Positions 1 to 12,277 of a stretch of 64,000 nt of DNA are shown here, piece after piece; the stretch's first letter is position 1; each line of letters opens with the position of its first letter. Origin of the DNA: Gonapodya sp. JEL0774 (Eukaryota). Position numbers and translations under genes: made by a program. The notes under the pieces are model-generated. The model was not told where the DNA came from. It did no database searches and saw only the letters and a program-made list of their open reading frames with translations. The stretch spans positions 1-64,000 of the forward strand of contig JADIIX010000083.1 in assembly GCA_027604505.1 (NCBI GenBank), in the 5' to 3' direction.

Positions 1-31
<31 letters not shown>

Positions 32-130
32 CGCGCGGGCGGGGGGGGGGGGGGCGGGGGGGGGGCGGCCCCCCGGCGCGGGCCCCGGCCCCGCTGGGCG
101 GGGCGGGGCCGCGGGCGGGGGCGGGGGTGA
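1..130. repeat. Poly-G / GC-only low-complexity tract at window edge
   Basis: Near-pure G runs interspersed with C. Probably low-quality sequence next to a contig gap. Confidence 0.8.
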
Positions 131-1798
131 GGGAGGGAGGAGAAGAAGAGAGAGAATAAACGGGTATGAGGTTTTCCACCACGGCGCCCATGACGGTCCC
201 CTTCCCCCGACCCCCGTTCCCCTCCTCCTTCTCACCACTGCCTCGACCGCCCCGCCGACCCACTCTGCTCCAACGACATAGTCCACGACGGGTGTCAAAC
301 ACTGTGTGAGGATCCATTCGCGGGCTAGGGTGGCGAGGGGGGACGGGGTGGGGGGGTGGGAAGGCGGTGGGGCCGGGAGGAGGGAGAGGAGGGCGAGGAG
401 GGGGGTTGGGTTCGGAGAGGCAGCTTGGGAATTCGCGAGGGGAGGGTGAGGGGGAGGAACAAGAGACGGGTGGAGTTTGAAGTGGCGGACGGCGCGGGAG
501 AGTTCGAGGGCGAGCGGTGGCGGGGGTGGAGGTGACCGTTGCTGTGGCTGTGACTGTTGCTGTGCAGGCAGGGGTGCTGGTGTCGTGCTGCGAGGACCGG
601 TCGACCCACGACCGTTGCCGATGTCCGTGTCTGTGTCTGAGAGGGAGGGAGAGTCCCGGTTACCCTTGTCCCTGGTCGTGACCTGTCCCGGTGCAGGTGA
701 GTGTGGTCGGTGCGATGATCCGATGTGCCGTTCTTGGGCCACCAGTACCAAGTCCGACTCCATGGCGTCGGCAATGGCCGAGGAGAAGGAGGGGGAGGGT
801 GACGGGGCGCGGGGGTGAGAGGTTGCGGTTGGTGTCGCCGAGACGGTGAAGGAGTCGAGGTGGTTGGCAGGGCGGGGCCGGGTCACGATGGCATCGTTAG
901 GTTCCGTGGTGGTGGGTCGAGCGGTCGTGGTGTGATGGCGCTCACGGTTACGGTGGTGTTGGGCTGCTGCTTCTGCCTCCGCCGCGGCTTCTGCTTCTGC
1001 CAGCAACTCGCGTCTGGCCGCGAGTCGTGCACTCCTGACCTCAGCGAGGTGGTCGAGGAATGCCGCTACGAGGTTTTCGCAGAGAGCGGGAGGGATGGAG
1101 GGTGGTGGGGAAGGGGAGTCTGGCTGAAACAGCGAGGAGAGCGCGAGGGAGAGAAGGCGAGGGAGGAGGGGAGAAGGGTCGGGTGCTGTGGAAGTGCGGG
1201 CGTAGGCGAGAGCGAGGGAGGAGAAGAGGGCGGCGAGGGATGCAGGGAGGGAGGGTTCTGGCTGGAGTGTTGTGGTCGGGGGTTGGTGGAGGTGCGACTG
1301 GTGCGAGTCCCGTTCGGCTGCGAGTGCGGCTGAGAACTTTCCCAAGACAGGATGCGCGGAGAGGGAGACGGGGATGCGGGGGTGTGGGGGGGACGTGCTG
1401 CTGGTGCTCGTTGTGTTGGTGCCCACAGCACCAGTCGGCTCACGCACGCCCCCACCCAATTGTCCGCTGTTCCTGCCCCACCGACTGCGATCGCCAGAAC
1501 CCGCCTCAGATGCATTCGAGGGAGTTGGTATCCTGGATGGAAGAGGGGAAGCGAGCGGAGATGCAGCAGGGAACGGTGGGGTGAGGGAGGAGAAGACCCG
1601 GGACGCGGAGAGAGCGAGTGACCTGACCACGCCGGAGACGCCGCCGTTGAAGAATGAGTAGGCAAAAGCGAAGAAAGCGAGATAGAAGAAACCGAGGGAG
1701 CGGAAGAGTCTGAGAGTCTGGGATGGGTTGGAGGCGAGAAAGGCAACCAGAAAGGCGGACAGCACAAGCTGAAGCTGCGTCGCACTTGAAGGGGGCAT
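130..1798 (-). CDS. PXA-domain membrane-anchored protein (Mdm1/SNX13-14-like N-terminal part), running off the window
   Basis: Manual translation gives a stop-free minus frame from ATG 1798 (MPPSSATQLQLVLSAFLVAFLASN...FFYLAFFAFAYSFF, two hydrophobic segments). It contains PXA-like motifs LCENLVAAFLDHLAEVR, RHFKLHPSL and LAREWILTQCLTPVVDY. It is absent from the ORF track, probably because no stop occurs before the window edge. Confidence 0.5.
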
Positions 1799-2606
1799 CC
1801 ACAGCACAGGGAAAAGGGATCCGGCGGAATCAGGGACACAAGGACACAGGTGCAGGGATCCGGGAGACACGGACAAACTCAATCCGTGCGATGTGAGTCA
1901 GTGTGGGGTGGGGGTAGGGTGGATGGCCCTCCTCTTCCCTCCACACATCCCTACAAAGTGCATGTGCATCAGATTTCACGCTGGATGCATTCCAGTTCAC
2001 AAATAAAAAGAATAAAAACGATTTAATTGTCCCTTTGGAAATAGCAATGGCACATTGGATAAATCGAAAACGTCCACGTTTATACCACGAACCCATCACT
2101 GCAACCTTGAAAGCAGCGATTGAGTATTTTCTCATTTGCAGCGGGTGGGCGTTTTGATTGCGTTTGTGCCCTGTTGTTCGTGACGGGTCCCCGTTGCGCC
2201 AGGTCCCCCTTGCGAAGACAACCCGGACATTGTGCTGGCACAGAAATAACCGCACTCCACAGCAAATATTTCCCAAACCCAAAGAGTTCTCTGTGCTTCA
2301 ACCTACAGGCAATCAGGTCCGCCATCCCCGCGTGTTTTCATACCTACATTTCACTGACTCTTTATATACCTCTTCCTCAGCACAAACCGTCACATATCTT
2401 CGAATTGTCAATGCCGAAAGTCATTGCTCTTCCCCTCTCACTTTACCTTTTCCAGTATCAAGGCTCACCTGCTGCTGCAGTACGGAAGTAATCTCCTCAA
2501 AATAGAGCGCTTTTTGTCATTGCCATTTCAGCTTCTACAAATTCAATAAGCAAGTATTCACGCAAAACTTTCCTTCTGAGTTCCGCCTTGTTAGGCTTAA
2601 AAACAT

Positions 2607-4957
2607 TTACGAGTCGAAAATCGGTCCCAGACACGGCATATTGTTCTCGCGACATATCCGCATTAGCTCGACTGTTCCACGAGGATTGGAGGTTATGAAA
2701 ACGACTGCAGTTTGAGGTACATTTGGAATGGAGGGCAGTGTGAAGAGGGTTCATAGACCGACCACTGATGCAGAACAAAGCTTCAGGTACGTACTTTCTG
2801 CTCCGTATGCATGGAACACATCCTTGAGCAGCTGAACCGTGTCAGGCCTCCGACCTGCCTTCTTCGTATCGAAAATGATCCGTCGTTCCGGTGGGATCGT
2901 CTTTTCAATCAATTCTTGCAAAGTGGACCCGAACGTCATTTCCATATCAGAAGCTATCCAGATGAGGAAGACGTTGTCGTTTTGCATGGGAATTGACAGG
3001 GACGCCCCGATGCCAGAGCCAGTACATATGGCAACCGCGCGGGTGAACATCCTCACCAGTCGGGAGATACCGGCAAAGCGGACTGTACGTGTGTAAAGGT
3101 GACTTGGAGGGTCGTGGACGAGGGCAGAAGTCCAGCCGCCTTGAACTCCGACAACCATGTCTGACGTTTCAACGGTGAGAGAGTTGCGCGATGGTTAATC
3201 TCGGACTTGAGAGACGCCCATCTCTCTTTGGATCGAACTCACAGTGACAGTCTGCTTTGGGACCTTCACCAACGATCCCAAAAGCATGCCATTGACTAAG
3301 ACCACTGCCCCGTGCAAGCCGTCCCAGAAGACCGTTTCCAACAGGACCGTCAAACTTGAGAACAGCAGCTTTTCCGTTAGGTCCCGGCATAACCTTGACA
3401 GGAATCTTCCGCACACTGATCCAGGGCACTATGAGACTGTTCGGCAATTCGAAACAATGTAATTTCAAGTGCCAAGATTTGCGTTCAAAGTACTCACAAT
3501 ACATTCAGCACCAAGGCCAACCAAAAGTTCCGATCATGCAAAACGGCTTCCCCGAACGAAACATCAGGTAGTCGCAAGTAGTAAGCACCGCTCAGGACGA
3601 AAACCCAGACAAATGCCATGCTCGTCCACCCGAGCCAGCGGTGAGTATGTTCAAAGACACTAGTCGGAGGGACGCCGTGGGGTTCTTGAACATGGCAAGT
3701 GCGACATTATGACCCTTTCCGGGGTGAACACTTACTCGTGTTTGAAATATCGAACTGGCGCTTGTGCGGTGAGGATGACGATAAACATGGTGCACGTTGT
3801 GGCGATAGCGGCGGTTTTTACGAGACTGTGCACACCGACGTAAGTGAACAGAAGAGCAACGGAGTACTAAGCCATGCATTCAAATGCAGAAAAAGCACAT
3901 GAAGAGGTGATAGAAAGGAGCTCACGGTGGAGAGGAGACCTACAATGAGCCAGGCCAGCGCTGATATCGCAGCTGCAGAGTGTATCCCTCCAAAAGACAT
4001 TAGCACGAGAACAGCGCCACTGCGGACCCAGACGGAAGTCCAGGGCTTAATCTTCGTGATGGATAAAGAGGAACAACGTAAAAGCCAAACGAACGAGATG
4101 AGGCTTCACTACCACCGTCCACATTCACTGTCAATAAACACTTGCCATTCCAAAAAAGGCATCTGTAAGGTCAAAAAGTCCCCACAAAATCAGCTCGCTT
4201 CTAATGGCGACGGCCAGAAGTATGTTGCCCAAGGCGAATGACGCGGAGTTCTCCTTCCCCGCTGGGAAGGAGCCAGTGGCGGCCAGGCCGAGCATTATGG
4301 CGTTAACTAAAATGGTTATGACGTAGAGCTTTGGAAAGGAGAGGAGATTTCAGATCAAACAGGGATCAAGACGTGTATTTCACAAGCGCTGTTGTGATGT
4401 CCCGTACTGGGCTGGATTGGTAGGTGTAGGAAGGGAGGGGGACCCACCCGCTTGTACGTGTTAAATGTTAACACAAATTTTGTCTTTCTTCGGAAGCGAA
4501 TATCGTGTTTCTTGACTCCCGGCGGAAGCAAGGGTATCTCGTAGTCAATGACCTTTCTGCGAACAGGTTGTTGGGGGACTGAATACTGAACATTCCAAAA
4601 TTCATTTGAAGATCATTTTCATGTCTTCACTCACGGAACCAGGCCACTTCTGTCCAGAAGCTTTATTTTGGTCAGAGAAAAGTTTACGAGGGCATCCTCC
4701 TTGTCGCTTTCGTCCGACGTGTCGTCGTCGTCCTGGCCAGTGGCCAAGTATGTGGCGAGCCTGGAAAGCCCGCTTTTAGAACGTTGCAGGGACATTGTGG
4801 AAGATTCCATGCCGTTCAAGGACGTGGCAAATTTGACCAGCCGAGGGTGGTGGAGATTTGCCGACCGTGGAACGGGGGCAGTCATGGATCTGAAAAAGGA
4901 AGGTTTGTCGCCATGTAGGGGAAGAGTTGCTTCGGAAGGGCCGACGGAGGTGGGCAT
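2607..4957 (-). CDS. TmpA/TmpL-family integral membrane flavoprotein (ferric-reductase-like TM + FAD/NAD(P)-binding), multi-exon
   Basis: Exons encode TFNTYKR, GNILLAVAIRSE, GGIHSAAAISALAWL, QWHAFGIV, GGWTSALVHDPPSHLYTR and AICTGSGIG, and end in IVFITSNPRGT...CLGPIFDS* (stop 2607-2609), the typical family C-terminus. Confidence 0.85.
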
Positions 4958-6217
4958 GGCCGGGAGAGAGAATTCTGGGATTGCAGGTTGGATGGAGTGG
5001 AGGCATATAAAAAAAAAGAGGTGCATGCTATACACAGCCCTGATCGGGCGGCTGTCTTCACCCGCAGCGTTCCTCCGAATGTCACCCTTTTTCACCTCCG
5101 CCTCCTCCGCGGCAACAAAGCAGACTATACACGCTTTGTATGTGTAGAAAGGTTTTGGTGAGTCCGGGGCAGGATCTATAAAGGTGACTTGGTGGGGTGG
5201 ATGTGGAACCGACAGCACGATTTCTCCCTTCATTTTGCACTCATTCCCCTCGTCTCGCTTCATATTCTGGCTAAGCTGATGGAAATATTTATTTGATGGG
5301 AGATCGGACGATATCAGAATGAGCGAAACCAACCACATGAAGAATCAAAAGAAAAGCGGAAGAGAATGAATGCAAAGCCAACGAGGACGACGATTCTGCC
5401 TGGGGATGTGAAACCAAACGAAAATGATGTCCGGTGGCTGGATTCTGCTTTCTTGACTTTCGCCAGCTTCAGGGCATCTGCCCGGCTGCTTGGAGGAGAA
5501 GGGAGGAAGTGAGCGCATTACCCCGGAGGTCCCGTCCCTCTCCATCCCCGTCTCAAAATATCCCCGTCCCCACCCCACCCCAACCGCCAGAGTCAGAGAG
5601 GAAGGAATGAATACGTCCAGAACCAACGCTGCCGGCTCAGTCGTTACCCTTTTACGATGAGGAGAAGTCAACCACTTTTCCGGCAGTCACGAACCGCTTA
5701 TTCCTTCCCCCCTTCTTTTCCCCTTCACAAGCGTCCACACGTCCATACAAAAGTGCAACCATTAATACGGACCTCCGTATTATGTTTTGATCTCCCGACC
5801 GACGTTGCAGGTCAATGTGAGCGTTTGAGCCCTCCCGTTCGCCCTAACAGCTGCCGGACACGCTCGGCCACGCCCTCTTAGTTCGACGGCGCCAACCACT
5901 GCCCAATCGAGCTGAGATGTTTATCAAGACCAACTCTCATTGCAATAGAAGTTCAGGGTACGCATTTGCATGGACTGCCCATCTCTTGGGGATACTCCTA
6001 AATAGCTTGCTTCTACTGACATGATGCGTCCACTTCATAAATTTAATAAAGAGATATTGGAACATAAATGCGAAAGTCTCATATGCTTAGAGCGGTGCAA
6101 TCTCCGTTCAATCGCACTTTGATTCCAGCTTTTGTGGTGTGCTGACTCTGCACCAGCAGATTGGGACAAACACCCTGGACAGTTCCCCAGCGCGTTTCCG
6201 TCTTCGCTTGGCGGACA

Positions 6218-8694
6218 ATGAGCGGCGTGGACGATGAGTCGCCGCATCAGACTCAGCTGACTCAGCGGCCGCTGTCGCTCCCCACTTCAACTTCCCCGTC
6301 CGCGTCCGCCACACACCCCCGCGCCTTCTTCCCCACGCGTCTCCCCTCCCACCCGCCACAGCAACCCACCCTGTCTCCCACGTCCTCGCTCCTTCCCCTC
6401 TCGCGCTTCTACGCCGGAAAATCCCTCATTCTCCTCGGCGCACGCATCGTCACCTCCCGCGACCACGCGGTCTTCGCGGCCGCTCTCATTCTCATCTGGG
6501 GCGTCGCCGTCTTGTTCGCGATCGATGCTGCTCCCTACTTGATTAACAACGCCGACTCGGGTGGTCGTGCTGGGGTCGCGCTGGTGGTGGTCGTGTACTA
6601 CTTGGTCGCGGTCACAACTGCGAATCTCTTCAAGGTCGCAACGATGGATCCGGGCGTAAGTAGGCGTGGCATGGCATGTGCACAGTGGACATTCTGGCCT
6701 CACGCACGTTCCCCCTGCCGGTGCATCCACTACCATCATTGCGCCATTACAGATCCTGCCCCGCAACCTCGACCCACTCCCCTCCCTCGCCCGCGCCCTC
6801 GCTTCCCTCCCTCCCATTCCCGCTCAAACGCCCTCCCCGCTGACCTCGCCCCATCCCTCACCGCCCACTTCCCCAATCCCCGCCGCCGCCCTTCCACCCG
6901 GCCATTTCGCCATACCTCCGCTTCCTACAGACTCCCAACCCTCGCTCCCTCACGCTCACTCACCGCCGCCCCAATCCCCGCAACCCTCGTCACCCACCCT
7001 TGCCACCTCCCCGCGACCCTCCTTACCCCCCTCCTACCCCTTCCTTCCGCCCACCCCCGCCACGTCCCCCATCCCCCCCTCCGCGAACCTCGCCACTGCC
7101 ATCAACCCTATCCCCCTCTACCTCCCCACAACCCGTGACGTCTTTGTCGGCCACCCAGCGTCAGCGCTATCGCTTCCCACGAACGACGCACACTTCTCCG
7201 CGCGGCCGCAGCCCCCACCCCGGGGCACCACCCTCAAGCAGCGGTATTGCGACACCTGCAGGGTGTACAGGCCGCCAAGGTCCAGTCACTGTAGCTCGTG
7301 CGATAATTGTGTCGAGAGGATGGACCGTGAGTTGTGGGGGGGGGCGGGGGTCCGGGGGAGAGGCGAGTTGTGGTTGAGGGGTGGCGGCGGAGTGGGGTGG
7401 TTTGCTTCCCCATAAACGAAGGACCGTTGTAATGGCAGTTTGTGTTGGCTTAGGAGGCGGTCAACACGGGAGACGGACTGGGTGGTATCGTGTGGTCCTG
7501 GAATTGGTTTCGTCGCAGAGCGGTGCACGTTTGGGTGGTTTGTCTGTATTGGCGTGGGTGATTTTCTGCCACAAGTGGAGTGTTCGATCTCTTGACTGGT
7601 GCTCACGGCGCGCCGGGCACTCCGCCCAATCTTTCCAACCCAAGTACGCCACTCTACTCACCACACTCCCTGCCCCTCCCACTCCCTCCTCCATATATTC
7701 CGATTCCACCCCCCTGCCAGACCACTGCCCCTGGACCCACAACTGCATCGGCCGGCGCACCTACCCGCCCTTCTTCTTCTTCCTCGCCTCGTGCTCAACG
7801 GCGGCCGCGGTGGCCACGGGCGGGGTGTGTTGGGCGTGGGCAGGGAGAGTGGCCGAGGAAAGGAAAGTTGTGGGGGCCGGAAAGGTGGGTTGGGGTGGTC
7901 GGGGCGGTTGTGGAGACGGATGGTGATGGGGACGCGACACGCGACGGTACGATGATGAACGGTGGAATGAACCTGGCGCACGGTGCGGAGAACACCATTC
8001 CACATTCCCTACCTGGGCACTCGGCACATCGCATCGCTAACGTGTGGTATGTGGGTGGACGGTGCGACCTTGGAATGTTGATGATCCAGGCACACATGAC
8101 GCGGAGAATTTCACTTGAGTTTCCTGTACCACAGCACACCATAAATCCAATCGCTAACCTCAACTGTCTTCCACACCCAAACCAACCTACACTCATATTT
8201 TCCATTAACAGCCCACCCTCGACCTCATCTTCTCCGTAGCCTCGTCCCACCCTACCTACCCCCCTCTGTTCGTCATCGCCGCCCTCTTTGCCTTCCAGCT
8301 CTTCGGCCTCCTCTCTGTCCACCTGTACCTCTCCACCACAGAACGGACCACCCATGAGCAGATCCGCCGTGTGGGCGGCCGCGAACACGGGGAGTCCCTG
8401 TGGTCCCTCGAGGGCGCGCCGCCCGTGGTGTGGATACGCAACTGGTTGTGGGTGGTGGCGAGGCCCGTGTGGCCGGCGCATGTGAGGTGGGCGGAACTGG
8501 GGCACGGGGACGGTGGGGAAAAGGGGTGGGAGGAGGAGGTGTACGTGACGGAGGATCAGGAGGAGGCCGAGAGAGGGGCCAGGGTGGCGGAGGAGCAAAG
8601 GCGGGTGTGGGCGTTGGCTGGGGGTACCAGGGGTGGCGGTGGAGGTGCGAGCAGGCAGGGCAGGTGGGATGTGTATGGGGGTAGAGGCTTGTGA
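6218..8694 (+). CDS. DHHC zinc-finger protein S-palmitoyltransferase (Erf2/ZDHHC9-like), multi-exon
   Basis: Two N-terminal TM helices followed by MDPG|ILPR. The motif [42 protein letters not shown] is split by intron ~7328-7720. Later [18 protein letters not shown] (TTxE motif). Confidence 0.9.
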
Positions 8695-9325
8695 AATCAA
8701 AATTAGTTTATTTTGCGTTTCCTTTGGATCTGCTGTTGCACAGGTTGGTGGAGGGGAGAAGGGAGGGAAGGCACTGCATTCCCATGAGTGTCGTTCCCGT
8801 CGCCGCGCGCCTTTACCTCGTTGTATAATACTTTTCTCTACTTTTCGAGCACCCTGCTGGCGAAGTGTTGCAGTTTCGCACTTGGAAAAGTCTGTGAATG
8901 GGTTGGACGTTACGCCGACGAACGAGATCAGAGGAAAAGATCACTGCCATGTTACCGATCCACAACGGGAAGAGCAACTTTACTTAAGAGTCTGTAGTTT
9001 TATCAATCATTCCCGGCTTCTTTTAATCGATCAGTTCGCGTGCGCCATCTCACGGCATCTTCACCTCTTTTTCCTGTCCCATTTTTAAAGCCATTTTTCA
9101 CTTAGATTCATGCATCACCAGCAACGCCATTACATCCGCACCCCGCACCACTTTCTCTTTCTTTGTTTTTATTGAGCATTTGTTTGTGGGAGTTGGTTGC
9201 CCCCGTAAAACGTTGTTCGCCTCGCAGCTGCTGGGAGTTAGTCGAACAGCTCCGCCACGTTCAGGATCTCTCCCTCTCCTCCAAGTGGTCGACCCCCACC
9301 ATAACGCCAACCGGAATCCCGGCAC

Positions 9326-11867
9326 ATGGCCTCCAAGCGGAGACCATCTGGAATAAACCCGGCGCTCGATGCTTCCATAACCTCCGCCGTTTCTGACCCG
9401 CTCCGTGATTCCCGCGAGTCCCACAAGGCGCCCCTTCACATCCCCTCACTGGCCGCCATGCAGCCCGTTCCTTTACTCGCTAGGTCTGCCGGGCCTACGG
9501 GCCAGGAGACACGGGACTCGGGCTATGCCGACCGCGCGCCGGCGCCGTTTCTCGACAGGGTGGGACCGTCCGCTGCTTCCTTAGCACCACCTCAAGCACA
9601 ACACACTCAATCAATGCCACAAACCCACAAAGCAAATGGACTCCCTTCAGAACGTGCAGAAACGCCGACATCAGCGAGTAGCAAACCCAGAGAAAGTGAG
9701 TGGTGGCGGGTACCCCGGAGCGAGACTGTGCCCAATCAACTACGACTGAGGGATCATGACCAAGCTCACCACCAAATGGGCTTGCTGGAGCGAGGACTGT
9801 AAACTGTGGTTCGTAACTCAAAGGCTGTGGAGGAGCTTTGAGAAGGCACGGAGCTCATAACTTACGGTGTGGAGCAAAAGGTGGTCCAGTGTCTCAAACA
9901 GAGCGGACCATTAACTCTACGTGGCCCACGTCTCGAAAGCTGCGACTTCGGGTATCTGTGAACAATTATGTGTGGGTCTTGGTAGCCATCCCCCTGTGGC
10001 GCGTTGTTCTGGATGCGCTGTTGTGGATTACACTTCGCATTGTATGGGGAAGGTCTTTCTGGTCCCTGTCCAGTGCAGTGCCCACACACTCTCCCATGTA
10101 TCATTGCCACGAAAGCGTGACGCGGTATTGGAATTTGGACCTCTTTGGCCCTAGTCGATGCCAGGCGCCTTTGTGTATCACGCTCACATCACCTCCACTT
10201 CACAACCCATCACTTCCAGCGGTCGTACCGGCTATCGACTCTCGAACCTCTCGCACCGTGGAACTGCGATATGCGGACGCAGGTCCCGCGGGATCCGGAT
10301 CCTTTGGTGTGGTGCAGCGGGCACGCCTCAGCACAGGGGAGTGGGTCGCTGTAAAGAAGGTCATGCAAGATAGACGGTTCAAGGTCAGTTGGCAAACGTG
10401 GCAAAGAATGGAATGTTCGTGGGATGCACAGAAAGGATATGGACGGCTAGTGCTCCGTTCCTCGTGCTCATGGAAGAAAGAGTCGCGAAAATCCCGAAAC
10501 CAGCAAACCTGGTGGAAAATCGACCTGTGCGAGTCGCTCTTTCTAATGTCATGATGGGCGAATTCAACGCATTACCATCTCTTAACCTACCAGAATCGCG
10601 AACTCCAAATTATGCGACTAGTCTCCCACCCCAACATCTGCGATCTCCGCTGCTTCTTCTACTCCGCTGGGGAACGGCCCGACGAAGTATTCCTCAACCT
10701 TGTACTGGAGTTCGTACCCGAAACGATTTACCGGGCAGGGAGAAACTACACAAAGCAGAAGATGACGATGCCGATGATACTCATAAAGGTGACATTCTTG
10801 CGTCGTACAACAGGCTTTCATGAACTGTTCTCATGTAACGCGATCTATGCAACATCTGCACATTGCTCTTGCCCAGCTGTACATTTACCAACTCTTCCGC
10901 TCCCTCGCATACATCCACTCCCTCGGCGTCTGTCACCGTGACATCAAGCCACAAAATCTGCTCCTCGACTCAAACCTCGGTGTGCTCAAGCTCTGTGATT
11001 TTGGCTCCGCGAAGATCCTGGTGGGAGGCGAACCAAATGTCAGTTATATTTGCTCGAGGTATTACCGGGCACCGGAGTTAATATTTGGAGCGACAAATTA
11101 TGGTGTGGCTATCGGTGAGTGAAATGAGAGTAAGTTTGTGGTGTGCTACTGTTGACACCATAAATGTCCGTCCAACATCGCACATCAGATGTGTGGTCTT
11201 CCGGTTGTGTTATGGCTGAGCTCATATTGGGCCAACCGCTCTTTCCCGGCGAGTCAGGTGTGGACCAGCTTGTAGAAATCATCAAGGTTTTGGGCACTCC
11301 ATCCCGTGAGCAGATTACGAGCATGAACCCCAACTACACTGAGTACAAGTTCCCACAGATAAAAGCGTGCCCTTGGAACAAGGTACAGAAGAAAGCACGT
11401 TCGCTGTATGGGTTGCATTGAGATCTCACGGCCTGCCAATGCCGAATTCCCCCAAACGGCACACTCTTGTGCCTTTATCACAGGTCTTCCGCAACCGCCC
11501 TACCACTCCCGAGGCCATTGACCTCATCTCCAGAACCCTCGAATATACCCCTCAAACCCGCCTCACTGCTGTGGAAGCTCTCGTGCACCCCTTCTTCGAC
11601 GAACTGCGCCAACCGGGCATCCGACTGCCCAACGGGCGGGACCTCCCAGATCTCTTCGACTTCACTCCTGCGGAGCTCTCTATTCGCCCTGACCTCATCC
11701 GCAAACTTGTTCCCCCCCATGCCGAGGACCGACTGAGGCGGCGAGGGATTGATGTCGCCAAGTTCGTGCCCATCAGGGCGGACACCCCTGCTCAAGTGGC
11801 GGAGCGTAGCGCGGGCTTGGCTGGCAATGCGAACACTGTAGTCGCTCCGCGTGAGTTGCGGACGTGA
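9326..11867 (+). CDS. gsk3: Glycogen synthase kinase 3 (GSK3/shaggy/Rim11 family), multi-exon
   Basis: Motifs [89 protein letters not shown] and [12 protein letters not shown]. The start is uncertain (in-frame ATGs at 9326, 9458, 9614). Confidence 0.95.
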
Positions 11868-12277
11868 TCATCTGTAGGATATTTGGGAGTGCAGGCGGGG
11901 CATTCAGTAAACACCGCTTCGGAGCGCTCCACATCTTTCTTTTTCCCGCCGTCGAAGAAAAACGATACGGGATACCCCTGGACCGTACACATACATGGAG
12001 AGGATGATTATAGGTGCACCAAAACTGACACGCGAGAATTTGCGGCATCGGGAACATTTCAATTTTACTGTAACTTAAATACCAGCATGCAAAGCTTAAT
12101 CATTCTATTACATAAATGTATTTTGTTGGAAAAGTGCAATTGAAAGAAATTGCGAAGACCGTTGAAAAACATCCGTTTCCACTTCTATCCGAAGTCCACA
12201 CTTTCTGCCCACATTCTTGTGATCCTCCAAGGAGAAACTGCGTTTGGGCCCAGTCTCCCTGTGGTAAATCTGGCGTA

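Noticed and set aside
1..130. Telomere or functional G-quadruplex
   Set aside because: No TTAGGG-type unit. The homopolymeric G at the window edge is more likely low-quality sequence.
325..1839. Multiple overlapping Pro/Arg/Gly-rich ORFs in the ORF track
   Set aside because: These are shadow frames of the GC-rich minus-strand PXA-like gene.
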